Position numbers and translations under genes: made by a program. The notes under the pieces are model-generated. The model made no database searches, was not told the origin of the DNA, and saw only the letters and a program-made list of their open reading frames with translations. This document shows positions 1 through 11,312 of a stretch of 37,194 nt of DNA, one piece after another (the first letter of the stretch is position 1; each line of letters opens with the position of its first letter). The DNA lies in the NCBI GenBank assembly GCA_003990765.1, contig RBNJ01000194.1, positions 1 through 37,194 on the forward strand, written 5' to 3'. The stretch comes from Jimgerdemannia flammicorona (taxonomy: Eukaryota).

Positions 1-27
1 AAAAAAAAAAAAAAAAAAAAAAAAAAA
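1..27 (+). repeat. Poly(A) run at window edge, abutting the middle of a family-A LTR
   Basis: 27 consecutive A; the other family-A LTR copies have no such run at the equivalent site. Confidence 0.9.
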
Positions 28-933
28 GTGAATCTGATGAAAGTGAAGATGATGCACCCCTCCTTCACCCACCAACACCTTATCCAGCATATGAGACAGA
101 CGATGCTATTCTGTGAGATGGTGATGAAGTTCCAATGTATTATTATCTCAGTGAATAAGGAGAAGTAATCCACAAACCACTCTTCCTAGATGACTACTTC
201 ATCAGAGATGATGCAATCAATGGTGATGTCATTGAAGACTACCCAGACAGTGCCTAAACCTATAAATAGCCTAGCAGTCATAGTATAGTTAGATTAGCTT
301 TGTACAATATGACTGTGAACTGACTCAGCAGTCAGACAATCTCTTGATATGTCAGATCACACTTGTACTACATGACTGCATTCTGACTCAGCAAGACACT
401 TAGTGCTACATCCATATTCAGCATAGTCCAGATAGCCCCTCACTAGTATAAATACCCCCTCCCCCAGATCTCAGAATCTCAGACTCGAATACATAAGAAC
501 ATTCCTGAACACTTTCCTATAATATCCCTTCACATAACTACTCCTAGTATAGCAATATCATGAATAGCAAATAAACCTATTTAATAACCCACAAACCACT
601 CTTAAGTAAATCCACTCCCTGTTAGGTCCCACTCCTAACCCCACTATGAAATTTCCTAATTGGGTATTGTCTGCAGCAATACGCCAATTCAACTAAGCTG
701 GTCTTAGTTTCTTGAACTTCCTGAAATGTGGAAAATCCTGAACATCCAGAACTAGTCTGAAAAAGGACTTTGGTTGAGACATCAACCCAAACTTGAAATC
801 AATAAGCGTAGAGGATGTACTCCATATGAGATTGATCTTGACCATAAGAAAACAGTCTTCCAGAACATCCAGAACTTCCAGAAAACCCTTCCAGAACTAC
901 ATAATGGTTACCTTAAAAAGCAACTCTCTTACA
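28..933 (+). mobile_element. Partial family-A LTR (3' ~900 bp); a 3' or solo LTR
   Basis: Collinear with 25041-25954 and the equivalent part of 32418-34487. Ends ...CTCTCTTACA at 933 and is not followed by the PBS. Contains the end of the LTR ORF (TAA at 255-257) and a TATAAATA box near 447. Confidence 0.9.
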
Positions 934-1084
934 CCTTCACCATCATACCAAAATATATAAGAAAGACTTTAGTCCATGAATACCACTTTTTGATCCCCTA
1001 TTAGAGGTTATAGGATTAGCTAATTTTTCAGACTAGACTAATGAATAAGGATATATAAGAGAAGATTCTTATTCAGGAAGAATA

Positions 1085-2662
1085 TATAATGGTAATCTCA
1101 GAATAGTGACATCATTACAGAAAACAGCCTTTTCTTATAAGCTACTAGATTGAAGCATAAGAAGATTATATAGTATGACTCACCCAGGCTACAAAATGAG
1201 CAATAATGACTAACTATGAGCATTATAACTACAAGATAGATATCTCAAGGAATATAAAAGAAGGACTAAGGAACCACAGCAGCAACAACTCAAATAAGAC
1301 TCACAAAATTCCAAAATAGTCTAAAGACTTACTATAAATAAAATGCCTACTACTTGCTAAACCTCAAGGTTCAGGAACTACAAAGGATTCTCAGTCCAAG
1401 AAAGAATATTCCAAAATATCAGAAGAGCTATAAGAACTCACACCAGAAGGACTCCTAGCCTCAATCTGGGTACTGGTAACTCTTATCACTTTATCCTCTA
1501 CTACTGTAAAATGGAAACAAGGATCACTATTACTACTGAATACCTCTGGATATAGCAGAAATATGAAATAGAAAACCTCCTCTACTGGGAATTCTCTCAG
1601 ACTAGTCTCTAAGAGATATAAGATACCACTCTTATAGATATATATAAAATAAGGATAGCTAAGAAGATTTATTAGATCTTTAGATATACACTATAGTCAA
1701 TCTCCAACTTGGAGTATATCAGAGTCTCAGACTTCAAGAAATTATCAGCCTACTACACAAATGCACTAGAGGCCATAGTGGCCACAGAAGCCCAATCTAC
1801 TATCACCCTTAATAGTAATGAGGTAGAAGAGTTCTAGAATCTCATTCTCAAGAACAATCTTGATCAATTTCTGCAAGGATTGATCTCAGTATTCCAAGGC
1901 CCCAGTATCTAGGTTAGACCTCTCCAAGACCCCACATTTGTCTCTTATTTTGTAAAAGAGAATATCATAGACTGGAGAGCCCTGGATTTCCTTGCTCTTC
2001 TCTTTGCTACCAAATATGATGATGTCATTAGTGATGATATCATCTCACTAATTGGTGACATGTGTAAAGCATATGAAATGCATAATATATGCAAAACAGA
2101 CAAAATATTTACCAATCTCATTTCCTTTGAAGACATCCTAACCTCTAGCAGTGATGAAGATAAAGCCCTCAGAGTCTTGAACATTCTGCTCTGAGTTCCT
2201 TATATAACTATTTATCTGAACATCTAAATCTTCTGGTATCTTTTTCTTATATAACTGAAATCTATCAATATTTTAAACTTGTGCAATCATTTGTACAGAT
2301 ACTCAAATTTGTACTTATAACTGAAGTTTTCTGTATTCCAGTATCTTATTTATTTAGTTATTGAAATTTATATTTAGCTTTATATCTTAGCAACTATTGA
2401 ATTATATTTTGTATAAATATCTCTCTCATTTTCTTTAAAATAAAGTCAGTCTCCTCAGTTCCCTCAGTTCAATTATACTCAATTCTATACAAGCAATCTA
2501 AGAGATAATAAGATAGTTTAAAGATAAGAAGTTTGAGAACTATAAGATCTTGGAAAGGTACTCCAATAAGAACTTGCTTATAACAAACTTGTAGTTAGTT
2601 TAAGAGATATATCTTGAAGAGAATCTGATATATTTGAAGAACTCAGTGCCCACTATATAATA
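1085..2662 (+). mobile_element. Family-B solo LTR (~1.58 kb)
   Basis: End-to-end homologous to 3714-5315. Termini are mutated TG..CA (TATAAT...TAATA). Flanks GAATA (1080-1084) and GTATA (2663-2667) match 4/5, consistent with an eroded 5-bp TSD. No internal domain adjoins it. Confidence 0.8.
1175..2194 (+). pseudogene. Decayed LTR-internal ORF of family B (340 codons, unknown protein)
   Basis: One frame from ATG 1175 to TGA 2194 with no frameshift; internal stops are explicable as C>T/G>A changes. Reads ...QKYEIENLLYWEFSQTSL*EI*DTTLIDIYKIRIAKKIY*IFRYTL*SISNLEYIRVSDFKKLS... Confidence 0.7.
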
Positions 2663-3713
2663 GTATATACATATAAATAAACATGCTTCAAACTTGCTAT
2701 ATTGTATATAAATTCAATTACTTGAGTGCTATTTAAAATCTATTGATAAAATGTATAAAAAGGACTTAAAAAATTACTGTTTATTCCTTATATTGGTTTG
2801 GTCTTTAATAGGGCTGCTGAACTGGGACTTATGATTATAGCAGTATAGATTTTAATTTTCAGTATTGAAACAGATCATCACAATTTAGCTTGAAGTTCAA
2901 TATTGTAGAGAAATGATTATTTATAAAGGATTTGAGTATAAAAGGGCTCTCAGTTGATGAACCTAAGAACTACAATAAGAACTCCTTTACTACTATATAA
3001 ATATCAAACTTAATAGAATCTCAATTCATCTTTAAGAACCTTTTTCCTGAGCTTGAATACAACTGACAGTCTCTAGATGGACTTGCTTGATCAATCTTAT
3101 ACTGACACTAACTATAGTAATTAATAATATATCATTCTAATATTTGGAAACCCCTTATTACTTTTATGTCTTAGTTGGTATAAACTAGACAAATAACTAC
3201 ATATCATTTTTATTACTCTCTGCTAGTTAATAAAATCTAAAGGATCTGATTTTAAGTATCATAATATATTCAAGTAAATTTGAGCCCAATATTCTTAGGG
3301 CAATATATTATTCTATTATAAATATAATAAATCTAGTAATAGAACACTATAGAGATTTTTGAAAATTAAACAATCAAATCATTAATCTACTTTGATAAGA
3401 CTATTACTACATATATAAAAATAACTATATGAACTTAATTTATATTAAGTCTACCATAGAACTGAAAAATTACAGCACTATAAGCATTTTGAAACAAAAA
3501 TAAGATGAGAATATTTGGATAAAGAAGGAATTACCAATAAAATTTACTAATAATAATATATCAATTCTAATATAAGTATAAATACTACTTACTAAGAAGA
3601 TATTTCTGAACAAAGTCAGCAGGAATTAAATTCTAAGAAGTGAAAATTACTAGAAACTTCCCAAGAACTAAGGAAAAAATGAAAATATTAAAAGAGTAAA
3701 AGATTGTATATAG

Positions 3714-5315
3714 TGTAATAGTGATCTCAGAATAGTGATATAATTATAGAAGACAGTCTTTCCTTACAAGCCACTAGATCAGAGTATAAGAAAATTATAT
3801 GGCATGACTCACTCAGGCTATAAGATGAGCAATGATGACTAATATAAGTCATTATGACTACAAGATAGACATCTCAAGGAATATAAAAGAAGGACTAAGG
3901 AATTATAGCAGTAGTAACTCAAATAAGACTTATAAAACTCCAAAATAGCTTAAAGACTCACTATAAACAAAATGTCTGCTACCTGCCAAATCTCAAGATC
4001 CAAGAACTGCTAAGAATTCTCAGTCTAAAAAATAATATTCCAAGATATCAGAAGAGCCATGAGGATCTATATAAGAAGGACTCCTAGCTTCAATCTGGGT
4101 ACTGGTGACCCTTATTACTTTATTCTCTACTGCTATGAAATAGAAACAAGGATCACTATTATTACTGAATACCTCTAGATATGGTAGAAGTATGAAATAG
4201 AAAACTTTTTTTACTGGGAATTTCCTCAGACCAGTCTCTAAGAGATATAAGATATCACCCCCATAGATGTATATAAAATAAGGATAGCTAAGAAGATTTA
4301 TCAGATCTTCAAGCATGCACTATGATTGATCCCCAACTTGGAGTATACTAGAGTCTCAGACTTTAAGAAATTGTCAGCCTGCTATACAAATGTACTGAAA
4401 GCCATGGTAGTTACAGAAACCCAATCCACCATCACTCTCAATAGTGATGAGGTAGAAGAGTTCTGGCATTCCATTCTCCAGGACAATCCAGACCAATTTC
4501 TATAAGGATTGATCTCAGTATTCCAAGACCCCAGTATCCAGATTAGACCTCTCCAAGACCCCACATTTATTCCTTATTTTGTAGAAGAGAATATCATAGA
4601 TTAGAGAGCCCCTGATCTCCTTACTCTCTCTGCTGTTGCTGAACATAGGATACATATCATTAGCAATAATGTCATTCTGCTAATTTGCAATATGTGCAAT
4701 ATGCACAAAGTATATGAAATATATGACATATATGAAATAGATGAAATATTTGTCAACCTAATTTCCTTTAAAGACATCCTGATCTCTGGCAGCAATGAAG
4801 ATGAAGCCTCCAGGGTCCTGAACATTCTGCTCTAAGTTCTTTGTATAACTGTTATTTTTCTGGTATTCTGATCTTATATAACTTAGAAATTCTTCTAGTA
4901 TCCTTTTCTGATATAACTGAAATCTACCAGCATCTTGAACTTATATAACTATTTATACAGATACTCAAATTTTTATTTACAACTAAAGTTTTCTGTATTC
5001 TAGGATTTTATTTAGTTATCAGAATTTATATTTAGCTTTATATCTTAGTAACTATTGAATTATATTTTATATAAATACCCCTCTTATTTTCTTTGAAATA
5101 AAGTCAGTTATCTTAGTTCACTTATACTCAATTCTATATAAGCAATTTAAGAGATAATAAGACAGTTTAAAGATAAGAAGTTTGAAGACTATAAGATCTT
5201 GGAAAGATACTCCAATAAGAACTTGCTTATAACAAACTTGTAGTTAGTCTAAGAGATATACTTTAAAGAGAATCTGATATATGTATTTAAAAGACTCAGT
5301 ATCTACTACATGACA
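3714..5315 (+). repeat. Family-B 5' LTR (~1.6 kb)
   Basis: TGTAAT...ATGACA, homologous to 1085-2662. TATAAATA at 5070-5077 and AATAAA at 5097-5102. Followed by ACT-TGGT. Confidence 0.85.
3804..4835 (+). pseudogene. Second copy of the family-B LTR-internal ORF (decayed)
   Basis: ATG 3804 to TAA 4835 (1032 nt). Includes IAKKIYQIFKHAL*LIPNLEYTRVSDFKKLS at 4284-4376. Several stops differ in position from the solo-LTR copy. Confidence 0.7.
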
Positions 5316-5318
5316 ACT

Positions 5319-5335
5319 TGGTGTCTATTGATTGG
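5319..5335 (+). promoter_or_regulatory. Putative primer-binding site of family B
   Basis: TGGTGTCTATTG... begins 3 nt after the LTR end; TGG is complementary to the tRNA CCA end. The cognate tRNA was not identified. Confidence 0.55.
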
Positions 5336-5419
5336 TGATTTAAGGAAAAAACAAATATGTAACTACTATAATAACTACTCTGACTGCAAGAGTTACTCTC
5401 TGTAAGAATTTAAGACAAA

Positions 5420-8400
5420 ATGGAAATGTATCCCCCCATATTCTATAGATTTACTACTGAAGAGTCAATTCTGACTTTTATTGAAGACTTTGAGCAATTT
5501 GCCACCATATGAGCTCTCACCATAGATGTACAATTAGCCCTTCTACCAGTCAGTCTCAGAGAACCTGCCAGAGATAAGTTCAATACAATTACTATTACTA
5601 ATACTGGTATAGCCAAACTTGCCAATATAAAGAACTTCCTCAGAACTATATATTATACTAAAGAGATCAAGCAAACTCTCAAAGATTAACTCAATACTAT
5701 CTGCCAGAGACTTAGTAAAGATCCCAACTCATTCTATATCCAAATTTGTCACCAGATTATCTTGGGTAGCTATGATAATACTCTCAAGGAACAGATAGCT
5801 GATTCAACCTTCCTAAAAGGAGTCCACTATGAAATTGCCCTAGCAATCTAGTCTACTCTAGCTGCTCTGACCCTTAATCAGAAAGTAATCTTTATATAGA
5901 GATATTAGACCACCAGACACCCTGCTGAACACTTAATAGAAAGAATAACTAACATTAAGATGAAGCCATCAAAACCAATCAGCATTATACCTACTATAGC
6001 CATCAACAGACAACTATCCCCACCTATTCCCAAGATGATCAGAGCTGATCCAGTGGAGGAACTCACCCAGCAGTTTGCCAAGATGACTGTATATCTTGGT
6101 GATATTGTTAGAGAAGTACAAAGTACCAATAGGAGACCAGAACAGAAGTTTGTAGCTACTATAGAGGAGTACACCATTACATACTTCAAATATAGAGAAG
6201 AAGGCCACTATATAAAGAATTACATGACTGAAACAAGATATAGAGCTCAACCAAGTGATGCTACTAGAACTAGAGAACAAATCAATATAGTAGTCATTGA
6301 GAAGATTAGTAATACTGATGATGAAGAATACTATAAGAAGTCTGAATTCTACCCTGTTACTAAAGGTACCATAATCTAGTCTAAGCTCTATGATAAGAAG
6401 GATAATAGTAAGCCAGTTAGAAGATCAAAAAAGACCTCAACTATCACTATTCAAAGTAAGACCCAATCTAAGGAGATTGATCAAGATATAGAGTTAGATG
6501 AAGCCACCTACTAAATAATTGAAGACACTACTCCAGTCTCAGGAGAAAGTGAAAGCAAGAAAGAATAGAAGCTACATAAGACTAAGATCCACCTGTATAA
6601 TATCTACAAGAATCTCAAGAAATAGAAGATCAATGCTACTTTTGGACAACTAGCAGAAGTCTCTATCTTCAGACAGTAGTTGAGAGTAAGACTTGCAACC
6701 ACTGTTAAGAACCAAGAATACAAGATTATAAAAGCTTACAATGTACAAGAAGATAAATAAGAAGACTCAGACAAAGAATCTGAAGATCAGTACAAGATCT
6801 TAGCTTATACTCAATATCAGATTGAAGATTGTATCTTTGATACTATCATTGATACCAGTACTGGAGAATGCTTCATAAGAAAGAAGGCAATTGACTGCCT
6901 AGGCTGGGATATTGAAGAATTTACCAAAATAGTCTATGTTATAGTAGATGATATATGAGCTACCCTCCTAGACAAGATCTGAGAAGTCTCTATCAAGATT
7001 GAAGGAGCTATAATTTCAGTAGATGTGATTGTTACAAGTATCACTAACTATGACATTATCATTGATAACCAATAGCTTTATAAGGCCAAGACTATCATTA
7101 ATCTTAATACCCAGAAAATGTAGATTAACTATAGAGGAAGAAAGGTACAAGTCTCTATCAATATCTATAAAGGAGTACTATCAGACATAGAGGAAGGAGA
7201 TGAAGAGAACACAGAAGTCTTCATACACTTAGTGTCTAAGAATAAGAGCAAGACAACTAAGCTCACAGATGAGTAGTAGTACAATAAGATCATCAATAAC
7301 TATATCCCTTAAAGAAGATGTCTCCATGGTGCTAAGATGTACTGCTCTGAAAACCTGAATGACTACTGGTCCTGCATCAGTGAAGTTAGAAAAATCCATC
7401 AATAAAGGTATGAGCAAGAAGCTGTTGAAGTAAAAAGAAAAGCCAAAGAAGATGACCAGTCCCCAGAGCTTTAAGCTGATAGTGATGATGAGGAGGAATA
7501 AGAATCAGACATCACTCTCAAGGTTAAGAAGTTTTACCTGAAGCCAAGATCCCTGAATACAAGACTGAAAGAACCATAGGAATAGACCTTATCAGCATCT
7601 AAGATGCTATCCTTAAACTACAGAATACTACTCTACTTGATACTGGAATTGGAGTCAAGTTACTAGAGAACTATGCTAAAATTATCAAGACCAGGAGTAG
7701 TCTAACCAAGAGCAAAATCTCAGTTAAAGGAAGAGTCATTGACCTTGATTACACTGGTGAGATCTTTCTTATAGTCAGGAATTACAACTCTACCACTCCA
7801 TTCAAAGTCAAGAAGTATGATAGAATTGGCCAGATGCTGATTCATGAAGTCAAGAAGCCTAAGATCACTGAAGCCATCAAACTTATCAAGACTAAGAGAG
7901 GAGAACAAGGCTTTGGATCTACTAAAAGAGAAGCCTATGCTACTACTAAGATTACTGAACTCAAGTACAAGACAGACAAGGATCAGAATAAGCACACATA
8001 TACTATTGGAGAAAACTTTTCTCTAGAAGAACAACTTCTCAAGATCCTATACCAGAATGAAGGAGTACTTGCCACAGACTTTAGAGACATCCACAATCAA
8101 GAACTCAAATACTACCATGAAGTTGATACTGGTGATACTAAGCCCATCTACCAGAAAGCCAGACCTATACCATCTATCTATAGAGAATAGCTGTAAGCAG
8201 AACTCAAGGAAATAGAAGAAGCTGGTATCATTAAGCAAGCTATCAGTCTCTGGGCTTCACATATTGTTCTTGTTCTAAAGAAAGAAAGCAAGTCTGGAGA
8301 GTTTGCTCTAAGACTCCATATTAATTATATGTATGTAGGAAGCTCAATATAATTACCAAGAAAGATAGACAGCCTTTGCTAAATATTCAAGAAATCCTTA

Positions 8401-9292
8401 TCACTCTTGGAAATAAAGCCAAATACTACATTACCTTGGATCTGTTCTCAGACTTCTATCAGATTGGTCTCACTCAAGATATCAGTAAAGTGAAAAATCA
8501 GCCTTCATCATATCTGATACCACCTATATCTACCTGTGAATTTCATTTAGAATATGCAATGCACCAGTAAGTTTTCACCAAATGATGAACAGAGTCTTCA
8601 GCAATGAGATTGAAAAATAGTTTTTTATCTATATTGATAATATAATTATCTTCAGCAACACTATATAGGAATATATCAACTATATACAGCTAGTCCTTAA
8701 GAAGCTTAAGGAGCATGACCTCTATATCAAGCTTAAGAAGTATAAGTTTGTAGTTCAAGAAATCACCTATTTAGGATACATCATTAACCAGACTAGAATT
8801 CATATAGACCCCATGAAGATTGAGGCTGTTGCAGTCTATCCAAGACCAAGAATAACTACAGAAGTTCATACCTTTCTTGGACTAGCTTCCTACTATAGAA
8901 GATTCATCAGAGGATACTCTAATATTATAGTAACTATCTATGAGCTACTGAAGAAGGAGACCAAATTTGAATGGACCAAGGAGCATCAAGAAACCTTTAA
9001 TGAACTTAAGACCAGATTGACCAAAGTACCTATTCTCAAAAGATCAGACTAGAATCTAGAGTTCATCCTGCAGACAGATACAAGTGCTATAGGACTTAGA
9101 GCAGTGCTAGCTCAGAAGAAAGATGGATATGAATATGTCATCTCTTATATAAGCCAAGGTATTTGTAGAGTAGAATAGAACTACAAGTCATATAAGCTTG
9201 AATGCTTAGCAGTAGTCTGGGCAGTAGATAAGTTCCACTACTATCTAGCCAAGAAATACTTCATTATTCAAACAGATCACTCTGCTCTTGCC
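5420..9292 (+). pseudogene. Family-B gag-pol pseudogene (capsid, Zn knuckle, aspartic protease, dUTPase, RT, partial RNase H)
   Basis: Capsid-like MEMYPPIF...TFIEDFEQFA; eroded CCHC ITYFKYREEGHYIKNY (~6176); protease IIDTST (DTG-type, ~6851); RT SLWASHIVLV, LDLFSDFYQI, YIDN (~8630), FLGLASYYRRFI; RNase H LQTDTS..GL.AVL and TDH. Confidence 0.9.
7520..7923 (+). pseudogene. dUTPase domain of family B, between protease and RT
   Basis: Five trimeric-dUTPase motifs: IGIDL, TRSSL, RVIDLDYTGEI, DRIGQML, RGEQGFGST. Confidence 0.9.
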
Positions 9293-10650
9293 AGAGAATT
9301 TCCTCTAAGAAATCTTCTTAAATATCTATGCCTTATTTCCCACTAGTAGTATGGGGAGAATAGACTAGCTTTCAGTTTTGCTATTTTTCTAGAGGGTCAG
9401 TATTCTTTTGTCTTGACTTGCTGAGTTCTTGATTTTATTTATAATAATTATAATAGTACTTAATGTTCAGAGGGGTAGTATGTAGTATGGAACTGATAGG
9501 TGCTAGAGTGTTCAGATTTTAGTTGTTTAAAGAATTATATTTTTGAAGTTAGTAGTATTCTAGAGATTAGTTTTAGATTTCTATATTACATTATGGATCA
9601 GATAACCTTTTAATTTGACAAGATATTCTGGATATTTCTTATGACCATATTTATTGAGAATTTGTTCAACTTCATATTTTTCTTAGTCATTGATAATGAT
9701 AGGTACAGGTGGTTTTGTAGTTCAGTTCAGGAATAGCTTGTTATTATTTTTATTATATTGCTTGAGATGTTGGATATTAAAGACTGAGTGAATCTTAATA
9801 GTATCTGATAGTGCTAATTTGTAGGAAGTTGGAGAGACTTGTGTAATAATTTCAAATGGTTCAATGAATTTGCTATTCAGTTTTGTTGAGGGTCTGTACT
9901 TGAGATTGTAACTCAGTATTCTCTGATATCTAGTAGGACTTTTTCTCTAATATCAAAAGTTTCTTCTTGATAGTACTGATTGACATACTATAACTATTGT
10001 TCTTGAGCTTAAAATAAATTATTGTTTGCAATCTGACTTAAATTGCACATTCAGAGCAGGAATTCTTCTACAGCTTTGATAGTAGAGAGTTCATCAATAG
10101 TTCTGATAAATATCAGAAAGATATTGAGATTTTGTCTGATATTAGTGAAAAAGGTGATCATTCTTAGAAAAGCTTATTTGCTATTATTATAGACAAACTT
10201 GACTGTGGTGAGATGTTCATGCCAATCATCTTGCCTATAGAAAACATAGTTCCTTAATATTTATTCTAGAGTTCAATTCATCCTTTCAGTTTGGCTGTCA
10301 GTTTCAGGGTAAAAGGCTATAGATAGTATAAGTTTTGTTCTAAGATATATGTATATGTAGAGCATTCCAAAAATGGCTGGTAAACTTTGAATCTCAGTTA
10401 CTAATAATGATCTTTGGAAGACCATGATAGCAGAAGATGTTGTCAAATAAGAATATAGTGATTTAAGGTACTATTGCAGTTATAGCAATAGATATAAAGT
10501 AGGCTTGTTTACTAAGATAGTTCATGAAGATAATAATTATATCTTTCCTATTCTTGATTCAAGGTAGTTGTACAATGAAGTCTATAGAGATTTATTCCCA
10601 ATTGATAGATAGTACTAGAATAGAGTAGAGTAGGTCAGATTTTGCTAGTC
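9293..10650 (-). mobile_element. Inverted family-A fragment (integrase core, chromodomain, post-chromo region)
   Basis: Reverse complement matches ~30855-32203 of the full-length copy; includes PETDSQTERMN and YEVEQILNK. Confidence 0.85.
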
Positions 10651-10831
10651 TTATCATAGAATAAATTATTACAGTATATGCTAATGATAAAGAAGCTCAA
10701 ACACTCTAAGAAATCCTAAATAGTAATGATATTAACAAGTACTCCCAATATCACCAATACAAACTAAGAGATAATACTATCTATTATAAGAATAGATTAT
10801 ATATTTCTAACAATTGAGATCTCTGAAGGAC
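10651..10831 (+). mobile_element. Short plus-strand family-A fragment (RH-IN linker), interrupted by the element-C LTR
   Basis: Matches ~30516-30695 (ANDKEAQ...LYISNN.DL.R) and stops exactly at the TGTAAC terminus of C. Confidence 0.8.
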
Positions 10832-11299
10832 TGTAACAATTCTAGTTTATTTAAGAGGAAGTAGCTTAATCTGGAAGTTCTGGTTAATCTAAAGTAGCTT
10901 AAAGAGATACTTAAAGGTTTAAGTGTTCTTGAAGAATTTCTGGGAGAAAATATTCTGAGCTTTATTCAGATAGAGAACAAGGATATTTATATATAATCTG
11001 AAAGAAAGATCTGAAAGAATCTTGAAAAGAAAGAGAAATGCCAAGAAATAGATTCTCAGTAAAGCTGACTAATATATACTATTCTACAATGTTCCAAAAG
11101 GTTTCATGACTAGCTAAGATAAGATACTTGGTACAAAGGAAAGACAAGAATGTTCTAGTAGTGTCTGGGTACTGAGAGAAGGTTTCTAAGCAAGTAGAAG
11201 GTGGCAGAACATAGTAGAATATTCAAGAAATGATAAGAAAAGATTAACTAAAAGACATGAAAATATACTAAGACTAAATATGACTGTAAAATTATTACA
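10832..11299 (-). repeat. Family-C 3' LTR (468 bp)
   Basis: Inverted termini TGTAACAATT / AATTATTACA, directly adjacent to a polypurine tract on the minus strand. Confidence 0.8.
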
Positions 11300-11312
11300 T
11301 CTCTTCCTTCTT
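11300..11312 (-). promoter_or_regulatory. Polypurine tract of element C
   Basis: Minus strand AAGAAGGAAGAGA immediately precedes TGTAAT. Confidence 0.8.

Larger units (their letters stand above)
3714..9292 (+). mobile_element. Family-B Ty3/Gypsy element, 3'-truncated within RNase H
   Basis: 5' LTR, PBS-like TGG, gag, zinc knuckle, protease, dUTPase, RT and RNase H in order; breaks off after TDHSALA at ~9292. Confidence 0.9.

Noticed and set aside
774..1004. 76-aa ORF at the LTR 3' end
   Set aside because: TTG start, runs out of the LTR into flanking DNA, and is interrupted in other copies (e.g. TAA at ~25804).
2663..3713. Possible decayed non-LTR or DNA transposon fragment between the two B LTRs, and the idea that these LTRs flank one small element
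   Set aside because: No recognisable domain. The first LTR has its own near-TSD and no PBS, and the second is followed by a PBS and gag, so they are separate insertions.
1945..4825. Minus-strand ORFs 1945..2184, 4020..4316, 4382..4564 and 4601..4825
   Set aside because: Antisense shadows of the decayed plus-strand LTR ORF.
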